Positions 45,300 through 58,260 of a DNA stretch of 64,000 nt are shown in pieces. Location of the stretch: NCBI GenBank assembly GCA_951406725.2, contig OX597820.1:65906001-65970000 (forward strand), given 5' to 3'. How positions within the stretch are numbered: the stretch's first letter is position 1; each line of letters starts with the position of its first letter. Under the pieces are notes generated by a model, which saw only the letters and a program-made list of their open reading frames with translations, searched no databases and was not told the origin of the DNA. A program made the translations under genes and the position numbers. The DNA is from Octopus vulgaris (Eukaryota).

Positions 45300-45746
45300 A
45301 CCCGCGCCCCCATAGAATTCGATGTTTAAAAATGAGCTGTATAGAGAGACTTCTTTCAAAATTCTTATTTTGCTTTTCACTCATTAATTTGTATAGGTTG
45401 AACTGCGGAAAAATGTCAGAGGAAAAGAAACACCAAGCTGTTTCTCGCAATATTTACCAATACATACGTCTAAAGAAAAGTTTTTCAGTGACACTTAAAG
45501 CGCTATTGTGGATCTTCAATTTCTTATTTTGTTTTTCACACATTAAATTGTGTAGGCTGAATGTAAGAGAAAAAAAATACCAAGCTGTTTCTTGCAATAG
45601 ATACCAATACGTACGACTAAAGCAAACTTTTATCAGGGACCCTAACAATAATATTGTGGATCCCTAATTTATTATTTTGTTTATGGGCGCTTAGAAATTT
45701 TCTATGGACCCTCAGAGAACATAAGGACCCGGTTGAGAACCTCTAG
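45300..45746. mobile_element. hAT-like non-autonomous element end with an internal tandem duplication
   Basis: Terminus ggttgagaacctctag (inverse of CAGxGGTTCTCAACC type), repeated ggaccc subterminal motifs, 45360-45515 repeated at ~45519-45665. Confidence 0.45.
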
Positions 45747-45828
45747 CATAGAGGATTTGATACTGTAACCGGTTGGGGGCGAAAGTCTTCTATAGGTATT
45801 GGTGCAGTTACTCATTTAATTAAAAGGA

Positions 45829-45874
<46 letters not shown>

Positions 45875-46010
45875 CTAAACACACACGTCCGCGGACACCC
45901 ACACAGACAGATAGAGGGACAGACAGAGAGACAGACAGGTTATTTGATAGATAGATAGATAGATAGATAGACATACAGGCAGATAAACAGTCAGACAGAC
46001 AAATAGATAT

Positions 46011-47280
46011 GTTTCTTTATTGGCCACCCAAGGCTGAACACAGAGAGGACAAAATACATAGTAGAGCTTTTCTTTTTGGGGAAGAAGGAAAAAAAAGTGG
46101 GGCAAATTTCGATCAAAAGGGATCTTGAAAAAAAAGCCGATCAATAGGGATCGTGTATCAAAGAAATATCAATGTAAAAAGGGAAAACAGATTAGGTTTA
46201 TCCGTAGAAAGAAAAGCCTACGGAAAAGACAACGGTAACCTTGAGCAATGTCATGCAAAAAAAACAAAAACACATTACTGTATCTCTTTTTCGATTTTTT
46301 TTTGTTCATAGGATTATGCTCAAGCTGGCCCCGTCATTCACACGTGCCATCCTTGCTACATTCACCCATCTTTTTTTGAAACATTCACAAGACAAAACTT
46401 CCCTCTCTACTCTCACCTTCCTTTTCAGGTGATACTTGAAGAAGTTGATGAAAGATTGACCAGAGGGGTAACTGCTGGTCTATAGACCTTTCAGACGCGT
46501 CCACCATACACGTTCTTTCGCCATAGCCACAAGTATGATGAAAATTACTCTTCCTTTCCGTTTCAAGGAAGGAGGCGCGACAATATTCACGATAGACTTG
46601 GTTGATAAACCGACTCGTCCCACATGCGATAGCAGTCGTTCGACATAGGTCGGAAATGATTGGACACTGTACGAGTGCGTGCAGGACGGTTTCGTTGCTC
46701 TGACCGCATCTCGGGCAGGTCGGCCCCGTGTTTCTCGAGCCATGCCTGTAGAGCCTATCCCAAACAGGTAGCACTTCTCGATAGCACTGCTAGGCCAGGG
46801 ATCTCTGGAAGTTGTCCATAGGTCTCGGCCCGAAAGTCGTCTTGGACAGGCGGGTCTGGTATTCCTCATCGACCCCCAAGTTCGCCCCGAGATCATCGTC
46901 GTACCTCCTCTCCCCTAATCCCCTACAGAATATTTTGGTTGTGTTGAAGTCGCTCAAGGTCGACCCGGGACGGCATAGTTGCTTAAGAGCAACGTGACAC
47001 TCGCGGTGACATTCGCCCTTCCTCGACCTCTTTTTGGTCCACGACTGCAGTTCGGAAATAGAGATGAGCTGCAGGAAAGCGTGCCTCACAAATGGCCACC
47101 ACCTGTTCACCGTCGTCTACGCAGGGCCGGAGATGTCTCAGTCTCAGCGCGTGTCTGCGCATCATCAACCACGGCATGCCCAGCCCTCCTTTTAACGGGT
47201 GATGGCAGCAAACGGATCGCCTGAAATCGGAACGCATCCTTTTCACAAGAAGAGGAAGTTCCTTTTGGCCTGTAACGGGT
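46011..47280 (-). mobile_element. L1/Tx1-type LINE, 5'-truncated (ORF2 C-terminus and 3' UTR)
   Basis: HPLKGGLGMP motif, then LPVWDRL...CPRCGQSNETVLHALVQCP (L1/Tx1 C-terminal CCHC); ends ...ccaataaagaaac next to GATA/GACA repeats. Confidence 0.9.
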
Positions 47281-47442
47281 TAAAATTCCCTTGGTTTATT
47301 TAAAAGCACGCACATACATATAAATGCATACACACACGCACGCACATACACACATCTGAACGTATGTACACGTATACATACATGTTCATAAGCACAAAGA
47401 AACAGAGTAACACACTCACACACATACATATATACATACTTA

Positions 47443-47481
<39 letters not shown>

Positions 47482-47523
47482 CAATAATAATTCTCTAAAT
47501 GAGATATAGACAGTAACTGCTCC

Positions 47524-47691
47524 ATAACATAAGGGACTAAAGCCATCTGAATATGGCTAGGGACAGGGCAGGGTGGTGGGGGTGTTACTGTTGCATTTAG
47601 CCCCACGCCTGGGGCTAAATGCAACAGTAACACCCCCACCACCCTGCCCTGTCCCTAGCCATATTCAGATGGCTTTAGTCCCTTATGTTAT
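47524..47691. repeat. Perfect inverted repeat, 82-bp arms, 4-nt loop
   Basis: 47524-47605 is the reverse complement of 47610-47691; loop CGCC. Confidence 0.95.
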
Positions 47692-48634
47692 ATATATATA
47701 TATATATTATATATATACGTGTGGGGGAGAGATAGGGAGAAAGAGTATTAGCAGAAACGAACGTGGTGGTGGTGGTGGTGGAAGAGGGGGGTGCATTAAA
47801 AGGAGGCGGAAGAGAAAGAGGTGGAAGAAGAAGAAGAAGAAGAAGAAGAAGAAGAAGAAGAAGAAGAAGAAGAAGAAGGAAGAGGGAGTAGGAGGGAAAG
47901 AAAGGATAGCTATTGAAAGAGAGAGATGAGAAATAGTTGGAGACAGAACGAGATGAATGTGAAAAGAAAGAAAAGGACAGTGATTAAAAAAGAGAGTGAG
48001 AGAGAGAGAGAGAGGAGAGATGGAGTGAGAGAGAGAGAGAGTGAGGAGATATGGAGAGGCAGAGAAAGAGGAGTAATGGAAAGAGAGAGAAACAGGGAAA
48101 GGGTGAAAGTGAATGAAAGTGTAGCGATTGTGAGAGAAATGGGAAGAGAGAGAGAGTTAGGAATGAGTGATACAAAGAGAGGCAAACAGATGGGGAGAGA
48201 CAGACAGACAGACAGATGAGGAGAGAGGGAGAGGCACTGTATTTATATATGTGTGTGTGTGTGTGTACGTGAAAATGATATGAGAGGTGTGAAAGCTAAT
48301 ATGTCAGAAGGTTCGTTGATTGACAAATGGCAAAACTAGGGATGTGAGGAAGTGTTTCTTTTACTATCGTCTTTAATTCAGCAAAGATTTAGTGTAAGCG
48401 GCTGAGGTCAGATCAGGTGACCTGTAGTACTGGGGCAAAAATCTAATCCATCACTCAGATACAAAACAAAAAAAAAGTAAATAGCATAAACAGAAATGGT
48501 AAACATAAAACAAAAACAAAAAAATCACTTGGACAGGATGCAAGTGTGTAGGTGGGTGTGAGGGGCATATGCGTTGTTCTTGTTGTTGTTAGAAGAGCTT
48601 AATGTTGATTTTGTTGGTGTTGGTGTTGTTGTTG

Positions 48635-48666
<32 letters not shown>

Positions 48667-49282
48667 GGAAATAAGGTGGCGCTGGAAACGGTAATAATCT
48701 GGTAGTGATAATGTCGGTCGTAGTTGTGCTGTAAGACGTTGGCAACGGTTGTGACAGAAGTGTTACTATTATTGTTGTTGCTGTAGTGGTGATTGTGGTG
48801 GGGGAGGGTCATCGTCGTCGCCGTCGTCGTCGTCGCAGTGTTTGGGTGTCCGCTGTGATGGTGTTGGTGGCGGCGGCGGCGGTGGTGGTGATAGTCCCCA
48901 TGCAAACAAAGGATCGGATTGAGATGTCTTTAATTTTTTTTCTTATCTCCAGCGCTCGTAGATTATCAAATGTGATCTAACCGCTATCATTCCAGCTTAT
49001 ATTAAGATCCTGGAAAGGTAGAAAAATGGATTATTTTCAATACAACATTCAAGCCAGGCTCGAGGCTGTCTACACTCTTGAACTGGAGTCTCAATATAAA
49101 AGCACACCTTTTGATACAAGTCTGACGAAATGTCACTCTAATGTTGAAACCGCAAATATTACGTTACTTTCAAATTGGAATTTTTTTTTTTTTTTTGCAC
49201 AATGGCAGTAAAAACAAAGTGGTAGAGAAACAACTGTAACTGGTCGTTAATGATGTGCTAAAGTCTTTCTTTGTCTTCTTAT

Positions 49283-49440
49283 CAGGCGTGGCTGTGAGGT
49301 GAGGAACTTAGTTCCCAACCGCATGATCCCGAGTTCAGTCCCTTAGGTAAGTGTCTCCTACTATAGCCTCGGGCCGACCAATGACTTGTGAGTGCATTTG
49401 GTAGACGGAAACCGAAAGAAGCCCGTCGTATGTATATATA
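49283..49440 (+). mobile_element. SINE family B 5' half
   Basis: caggcgtggctgtg...gtagacggaaaccgaaagaagcccgtcgta. Confidence 0.8.
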
Positions 49441-49443
49441 TGT

Positions 49444-49495
<52 letters not shown>

Positions 49496-49498
<3 letters not shown>

Positions 49499-49753
49499 AG
49501 AATTTTTTGCGTAATAAGATAAAAAAACCAAGGCTGTGTAGATATTATAGCATTTATAGATAGAAGGTCTTACAGCAGTTTGTAGGATATTTATTAATAA
49601 TATCCCTTCATCGGAGACGGTGTGAGAGGATAGTTAAGTCAAGGGATATAATTAATAAATATCCTAGAAACAGCTGTAAGACCTTCCATCTATAAATGCT
49701 CTAATATCTACACAGCCTTGGGTTTTTTATCTTATTACGCAAAAAAGTCTTAT
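49496..49753. mobile_element. Fold-back insert with ~113-bp arms carrying a hammerhead motif (minus strand 49567-49618)
   Basis: Arms 49496-49608 and 49641-49753. Minus arm: gtct-CCGATGA-a-gggatat...atatcct-a-CAAA-ctgctg-TA-agac. The plus arm keeps GAAA-cagctg-TA-agac. Confidence 0.75.
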
Positions 49754-49894
49754 GTACACACGCTGACATAAATCCAACGTTGAACCCTTTATTCGCGATA
49801 TTACCGAATCTGGAACTTAATTATGGTCTGTCTATAGCACTTATTCAGCATTACCTGACACCTTTGGGTCTCAATGACACCATCATCTCTTATA

Positions 49895-49963
<69 letters not shown>

Positions 49964-50455
49964 GCGCACAATTATAAATAAGGGCAAAAGAAAAAAATTA
50001 TCTGCCAATATGCTGAAAAAGAGACCTTAGATCGTCTAACCACATAGAATATTTCTATTCGAGAATAACTAATTTTTAGAATTCCTGTTAGCATACTTTT
50101 CTCGTTTCAACACGCTGTGTATTTATAGAGAAAATAGTGTATGTGGTTGGACGATCTAAGGTCTATTTTTCAAATATATTGTGAAATAGAATGTCACAAA
50201 TATGGTTTAAGTAACCTGCAGTTTCTCTTTTGGTGAAAGGTGTAAAACCATCATATCTGTCCAGTGTTACCCCCTTTCGGATTCCAAGATGCTCAGAAAG
50301 GGGACATCACTAAGAGAGATATGGTGTTATTCCACCTTTTACAATAAGAAAGAATTTTTTGTCGACGGTAGCTGCAACGAAGAAGTTGAAATATAAAATA
50401 AACATATTTTAACTATGCGAAAGTTCGCATATATATATATATGTATGTATGTATG

Positions 50456-50489
<34 letters not shown>

Positions 50490-50515
50490 TGTATGTATGT
50501 ATGTATGTATATATG

Positions 50516-50571
<56 letters not shown>

Positions 50572-51067
50572 AAACATATTTGCAGAAATGAATAAAAATG
50601 GCTTTTCTAATAAATTTTCCACTTTAATAATTAGATGTTTGTAAATTATTGGGTGTTTACAAATGGTGGCTCTGTTGTCAACATTTGTAAACACTTAATC
50701 AGCCAGAGATTCAGGATGCGTCTGCCCAAGTATTGGACAATTAGATGTATGTTCAACAATGATTTCTGACACTTGTTAGGTACAGAACGGAAATAAGTAG
50801 TAGACACATTATGCTATATATGTAATGTGCTGCAATGTGTTTGTTTTGTTTAGTTTTTTTTCGCAAAACGCCAGACACGTTATTTTACTGTGACATTTAC
50901 AGATAGGAAAAAATATGTTTGCTCCTTTCTGTCGGTAGACAGGAAAAAAAATGAATCTATGCAAAATGTTTCTAAATCTGGTTTGATTCTTATCAAAGAC
51001 AGAATAGCATTTGATGTACACACGAAAAGAAATACAGCTAATTATATGTGTATAATCATGTGTGTGT

Positions 51068-51105
<38 letters not shown>

Positions 51106-51263
51106 CAGACTAGCAAGTTGGAAAACATATAGTAAATACGCAGTTGAACGGAAAACAGACACAGAAGGTCCCCAACTCCTCATCGGCTATCGACCAGAGG
51201 GTCATACGTAATTTCGTGCCTTTAACGATAATATTGAACCCTTCTGGTGGCAAACGGCAAGAA

Positions 51264-51354
<91 letters not shown>

Positions 51355-51457
51355 ACTGAACACAAAATATATCGCGGTACAAGTGCAAACATCCTCACCT
51401 CTGCCACTATACAGGCGCTTACACTTATCAAGTATTTACTCTAAATTTACAGTACCT

Positions 51458-51522
<65 letters not shown>

Positions 51523-51603
51523 ATAATATCGATATTTAAATATCGATCTTATCAAGTGGCCAGCATGGGAATAAATACCATACAAAGGTAATAATTATTT
51601 AAA

Positions 51604-51958
51604 ACTATAAATAAGGGTATCTGAGAGATACCACCATGCCGAAATAGCAGTCAAAACCCCGACTCCAAAAACCACCTTAAATGTTCATATCGCGGCATGA
51701 GATATAACGTATGTTCTGTATATATGTATTTGTATTTATGTACCCATCTGGTATATTCAACTGACAAAGGCAGAGCTTATATGAAGCAAAGTCAGAAATC
51801 CAGGATCTTGAATTATCCAGTAAAATCTTTTTTGCGAGTTTATTTTGTCTCTCTTTCTTATCTCATGGCGCGACATGAACATTTTAGGTGTTTTTTAGAG
51901 TCGGGGTCATGACTGCTATTTCGGCATGGTGGTATCTCTTAGATACCCTTATTTATAG

Positions 51959-51959
<1 letters not shown>
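51604..51959. repeat. Imperfect inverted repeat (~100-bp arms) in a (TA)n-bounded insert
   Basis: 51604-51704 versus 51859-51959. Confidence 0.85.
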
Positions 51960-52007
<48 letters not shown>

Positions 52008-52404
52008 GCACACAAACATTTATATATAGTTCCTAAATGTAAAATTGGTCTGAAATTTCGTGCGATCAGCATAAACAATATTTCATCGGTGATGTTATCT
52101 TTTTATATATTACTTGCTTTTTGAAGTCTACTACTTATTCTATCGGTGTCTTCAACTGAACCGTTATGTTGCGGGGTAGGAAACAAACCAACACCAGCCG
52201 TCAAGCGGTTGGCGAGACAAGCACAAAGTCACGGCAGGAACATTTCTGATCACACGGCTACTACATTTGCATTGAAATAGAACACAAAAAGCATGCCAAT
52301 AAGTCTCTCTATGCGTTCGACATGCTTGAAGTAGCAGCCAACTCCCACTTGAAGTCACAACCTGTTATCCTTAAAATAATTGGAAAAAATATTGAGGGAA
52401 AAGT

Positions 52405-52544
52405 GCAAGCGTGGCTGTGTAGTGAGACATATCCTTTCCAACAACACGGTTCCAGGCTCAGTCCCACTTTGTTGTGAGTGTCTTCTACTATAACCCCGGA
52501 GATAATTTGGCAGACAGAAACTGAAGCCCGTGGTATGTGTGTGT

Positions 52545-52576
<32 letters not shown>

Positions 52577-52790
52577 ATCTGTGTCCGCGTGTATCTGTGT
52601 ATGTGTGTATGTGTGTGTCTGAGTGTGTGTGTCTCTGTGTGTGTGTGCGCGCGTTTGTGTGTGTGTGTGTGTCACTCAGAACCACTTGACAGCCGGTGTT
52701 GGCTTCATTCCGTCTCTGTAACTTAGCGGTTCGGCAAAAAGAGAAGGAATTAGTGCCATAGTTAAAAAAACTAAATATTGGGTTCGACGA
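52405..52790 (+). mobile_element. SINE family B, diverged, internal (TG)n
   Basis: gcgtggctgtgtagt...aaactgaagcccg...taacttagcggttcggcaaaa. Confidence 0.75.
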
Positions 52791-52844
52791 AGTAACGCAG
52801 CTTCATAACATTTAAACACACATATACATTAAATATGTCATACT

Positions 52845-53668
52845 GGTTTTAAATTTTTGCACGAGGTCAGCAATTTCGAGGAAGGGTGTAAGTTGACTTC
52901 ATCAACCCCAACACTCAACTTGTACTTATTCTTCTTTCTTTACTGCCCACAAGGGGCTACACACAGAGGGGACAGACAAGGACAGACAAACGAATTAAGT
53001 CGATTATATCGACCCCAGTGCGTAACTGGTACTTAATTTATCGAACCCGAAAGGATAAATGGCAAAGTCGACCTCGGCGGAATTTGAACTCAGAACGTAG
53101 CGACAAACAAAATACCGCTAAGTATTTCGCCCGGCGCGCTAACGTTTTTGCCAGCTCGCCGCCGACTTGTACTTATTCTATCGACCTCGAGCGAATGCAA
53201 GGCAAAGTCGACCTCGGCTGAAATTGAACTCAGAACGTAAAGACAGACGAAATACCTATTTCTATTTCTTTACTACCCACAAGGGGCTTAACACAGAGGG
53301 GACAAACAAGGACAGACAAACACATTAAGTCGATTATATCGACCCCAGTGTGTAACTGGTACTTATTTAATCCGCCCCGGAAAGATGAAAGGCAAAGTCG
53401 ACCTCGGCGGAATTTGGACTCAGAACGTAGCGGCAGACGAAATACCTATTTCTTTACTACCCACAAGGGGCTAAACACAAAGAGGCCAAACAAACAGATT
53501 AAGTCGATTATATCGACCCCAGTGCGTAACTGGTACTTATTTAATCGACTCCGAAAGGATGAAAGGCAAAGTCGACCTCGGCGGAATTTGAACTCAGAAC
53601 GTAGCGACAGACGAAATGCCGCTAAGCATTTCGCCCGGTGTACTAGAGATTCTGCCGGCTCGCCTCCT
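52845..53668 (-). mobile_element. SINE family A nested/tandem array
   Basis: Four bodies. A full tail-1 copy (52933-53164) sits inside another copy with 15-bp TSD ACTTGTACTTATTCT (52918-52932, 53165-53179). Confidence 0.92.
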
Positions 53669-53999
53669 TCATCGAATATGTCATATTAATAATGTTTGCA
53701 TTATTTAAGCTGCTTCAAACAAAAATTCTAATTTTGGTTTTGATATTAGATTTTCTCGAAGTAAGTGGAGGTTAAGTAACGATATCAAACCAGAAAAAAA
53801 ATATTAGGTGCCACTGTTTCCATTATGTTTGTTTGCTTGATTGTATGCTGTCGGGGATCTAAGAGAAATTCTGCCAGGCGGAAAAAAACATTGTTTTCGA
53901 TCTCCCACCCACTTACCTACTCTCAGAATTCAAGGAGGCCATTTTTTTTTAGTTTGATATTTTAATATTTTTTTCTACTGTGTGTGCTTTCTTATGTCT

Positions 54000-54145
54000 G
54001 GCACTTACTCTATCAAAATATCTTTTGCTGAACCGCTAAGTTACAGAAGACGTAAACAAACTAACACCAGTCGGTTGTGAAGCGTTGAGAATGGGCGACA
54101 ATCACAAACATAAAGACACACACACATACACACACGCACACACGC

Positions 54146-54203
<58 letters not shown>

Positions 54204-54208
54204 GTATA

Positions 54209-54256
<48 letters not shown>

Positions 54257-54440
54257 CACACACACACAATATACGACAGACTTTCACTCAGTTTCCGTCT
54301 ACCAAATTCACTCACAGGGCATTATTTGGCCCGGGGCTATATAGTAAGAAGGAACTTGCTCAAGGTGTCACGCAATGAAACTGAAGACGCGACCACATGA
54401 TTGCAAAGCAAGCTTCTTAGCCAGACAGTCATGCCTGCAC
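54000..54440 (-). mobile_element. SINE family B, diverged
   Basis: Family-B reverse complement with expanded (CA)n(TA)n core. Confidence 0.8.
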
Positions 54441-55201
54441 ATAGTTTTATTTATTTATTTATTTATTTATTTCCTCTAGGGCCATTCTGATACAAATGGC
54501 TCTTCCCTCGAGACATAGGTACCAGCTGAACTCTTACCCTTGTTTTAGGTTCCGGTACGCAGTAGAATCTCCGAAATTGCTAAAACTGGGAAACCCATTT
54601 TTTTTTACTCCATCAATACTTATTAACAAAAAGAAGAAAAAAAGTATCAACACCTGTTTATTTGAAATGGGTTTTTGTTTCTTTTTGTTTGCTTATTTTG
54701 GGTGGGTGTAGGATTTTGATATATTTTCCGAAATTTTCCTTCTGTTAGCAAATCTTTCGAATATTAAGCACCCGGTGAAGCACTATTCAATTTACGATAT
54801 GCTGAGCGACCTACGGGTTGTATGAAAAAAAAGGAAAAAAAAATAAAACGAAATACGTTGCATAAAGAAAGAACAAAATCCAATAGCAATATGAATTATA
54901 CAAAACACGAAATCACTCAACCGAAAAATGAAATGCAGTAGAAACGATTCCGCACACATATTGTTATATAACAACACAATTTCTGTCAGATATTTTTAGA
55001 AAGTTATTTGTGTATTAAGTATACGCTCCATCTCAATTCAATATATCGTATTCTGGGCAAGTTTCGGGTTAATCGAAAAATGAAAATATGTTGCAGCAGA
55101 GAGAGAAGGAGAGAAAATGCAATAGAAATGGAAGTTATACGAAGAGCAAATTCACTTGCACGAAAAACGAAATGGAACAATATATATGCAATATATATAT
55201 G

Positions 55202-55310
<109 letters not shown>

Positions 55311-56125
55311 AATATATATATATATATGTATGTGTATGTATGTATGCATGCATGTATGTATATGTATGTATATAAGTATATTTATACGTGTGTAATCACA
55401 TTCGCACATAATTACATAGCCACAGGATTTTCTTTCATATTTTGGTGGCTATAATAATGACAGATTGGAAAACATGGTGAAAAATATACTCAAATATTAG
55501 TAAGAAATATATTTGAATAATAACTGATATATTTTAATAATAAATTAGTAATATAATTTGGTAATACGTTGTAATAATAGTTAATAATATGCTTTGGTAA
55601 TAGTTAATGATATATTTGAATAGAAGTAATATTTTGAAATAATACGTGGCGACGGCAGATGAAATGATATCTCGCGGAGATGTGGCCTAACTAGGACTCT
55701 GCTCGATGGATCGCTCTGGAGGATCCTGGAATAAACCGATTAATAGCGAATCAAGCAATGCACTGCAACGGCGCATGCCCCAACAGCTGACCTGAATGGG
55801 ATTAAATTTTTGACACAAAACCAGCAATTTTATTGGAGCGGGTTACTTGATTATATCGACTGCTACTTACTTTATTTAACCTGAAGTGATGTAGAGTAAA
55901 GTAGACCCCGGGAGAATATAATTACACTTATTAATAAAGGTTTAATTGGCATGCTTTCGATAAATGTAGAGGGATAAAGACAGTGCTTCTTCGGCAATTT
56001 CCTTAAAAAATGTATTTTTTTTATTGCTATTTTTCATATATATATCTAAAAAAAGATACCATACAATCAATAAAAAAAGACCGTGCAGACCAGTGTATCA
56101 TATTGTAATATGTGGTATTATATAT

Positions 56126-56172
<47 letters not shown>

Positions 56173-56182
56173 GTGTGTATAT

Positions 56183-56261
<79 letters not shown>

Positions 56262-56355
56262 TCCTCACAAATACACACACGCCGCACTCACACATACATA
56301 TATATATATATATATAAACATATAAGAGGGATGACCACTAAGAAAGGAATGTTCT

Positions 56356-56414
<59 letters not shown>

Positions 56415-56419
56415 ATAAT

Positions 56420-56525
56420 GTATTGGCTTCGGTGGTACATATTCTAAAATTGGAACGATGCAGAGAAGTTTAGCTCCTGCATAAGGATGACACGCAAATT
56501 CGTGAAGCGTTACATATTTGTTTTT
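56420..56525 (+). pseudogene. U6: U6 snRNA pseudogene, near full length
   Basis: gcttcgg...acatattctaaaattggaacgatGcagagaagtttagc...aaggatgacacgcaaattcgtgaagcgttacatattt matches conserved U6. ACAGAGA box changed to GCAGAGA, short deletion in the internal stem-loop, (TA)n upstream instead of a promoter. Confidence 0.93.
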
Positions 56526-56725
56526 AAGATCACGAGCTGGGAGAATCGTTGGCACGCCGGAGGAAATACTTAGCGGTATTTTGTCCATCTCTACGTTCTG
56601 AAGTTCAAATTCTGCCAACTTTGCCTTTCATCTTTTCGAAGTTGGAAAAAAAATAAATAGTACCAGTTGAGAACTGGGGTAAACGTAATCGACTTACCCA
56701 TTTCTTACAAAATTCCTGGCCCTTC
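56526..56725 (+). mobile_element. Diverged SINE family A directly abutting the U6 copy
   Basis: aagatcacgagctgggagaatcgttggcacgccg...aactttgcctttcatc...aatcgacttaccc. Confidence 0.8.
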
Positions 56726-57169
56726 GCCAATTTGTGTCGGCCAGGCCTGACCTTTCTTTCTTAGTTCGACTACCACCAGTGCAACATCTATATTTCTCTC
56801 CTTGCCTGTTAAATCTTATGTCCCACACGCCAGCTAAATTTAATTCGTCCTTAGTCGAAAGACACTTGTTGTTATGTTCTGTTAATTGCATTTGTATTTG
56901 TGTAACATTTCTGTTTTTTCCGTCCTTGTTTTCGTATACGTTCGCTGCTTTCTTCCAATGAATCTAATGCTCTTAGCTTAGTTTTTCTTTGGAGTTGGCC
57001 AGATTGGAGCAATCTCGAGTATGACTAGCCGAAATTGCAAAGATAATCTGGAACTCGACTGAGGATAGAAAACCCGTCCTTATTTTCTTTTATCGTCTGT
57101 CTGGATGTTTTGCTGTCCCTTTTTTGTATCACCTAACTGTCTGGATGTTTTGCGTTCTATTTTTGTATG

Positions 57170-57220
<51 letters not shown>

Positions 57221-57654
57221 CATATATATACATGTATGTATGCATATGTATTTCGTTGTGCCTAAGAAGCGTCATTATGTTAATGTTATTAACACCCACA
57301 CTGGCTCAATTCTTTTCTTTTACTATCAGTCAATTGGTTAAAAACAAATGACTTACTGTTTAACCAAATTAAACAAGCAATGGATTAGTTAGTTGGATAT
57401 TTATCCGACTGTCTAATAATAAAGGAGTAGAATTGAACCAGTGCAAGTGCTAGTAATATTGGCATAATGACTCTCCTTAGACACAGCATTTGTTTTCAAG
57501 ACGTGATTTCATATAAAGAATGTTTGGAATTTAGTTTATCGACTCAAAAGGATGAACTGCAAAGTCGACCTCTTTGGAATTTTAACTCAGATATCCCCAA
57601 ATAATAATGATAAATTTCAATAGTTGCTTGTATTAGGTTTAAAAAACAATTACA

Positions 57655-57833
57655 TAGGCGCAAATATAGCTATGCGTTTAAGAAACTCGCTTTGCAGCTA
57701 CGTGGTTTCGGTTTCACTCCCACAGTGCGGCCCTTAGGCTAGTGTCGTCTACTGTAGCCCTTGGCCGCCTAGTACCTTGTGAGTGGATTTTGTAGAGAGA
57801 AACTGTGTGGAAGTTCACCGTGAGTGTGCGTAT

Positions 57834-57907
<74 letters not shown>

Positions 57908-57963
57908 GGATGGATGGATAAATAGATAGATAGACAGACAGACAGACACAGATAGACAGATAT

Positions 57964-58058
<95 letters not shown>

Positions 58059-58260
58059 TTATATACACGCATACAGTCGGTTTCAGTTTGTCTCCGTCCT
58101 TGTAACTTAGCAGTTTAGCAAAAGATTCCTATAGGTTTTATACTGAACTTCAAAAATCATGCACCTAGATGGATTTGTTTGACTAAACCCATTAGGCAGG
58201 CAGTGTCCCCAGCATGGCTGCAATTCAATAACTGAAACAAGTAAACGGTAAATGATAAAA
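57655..58260 (+). mobile_element. SINE family B, old copy with internal (GATA)n
   Basis: Head aggcgcaaatatagct..., tail cagcatggctgcaattcaataactgaaacaagtaaa. Confidence 0.7.

Noticed and set aside
54480-54554. Possible exon after tttatttcctctAG
   Set aside because: Two frames have stops, donors are weak and the peptide is unrecognisable.
55625-55805. Possible RTE LINE 3' end
   Set aside because: Too short to assign from sequence alone.
56420-56525. Functional U6 gene
   Set aside because: ACAGAGA box mutated, internal stem-loop deletion, no recognisable upstream promoter.
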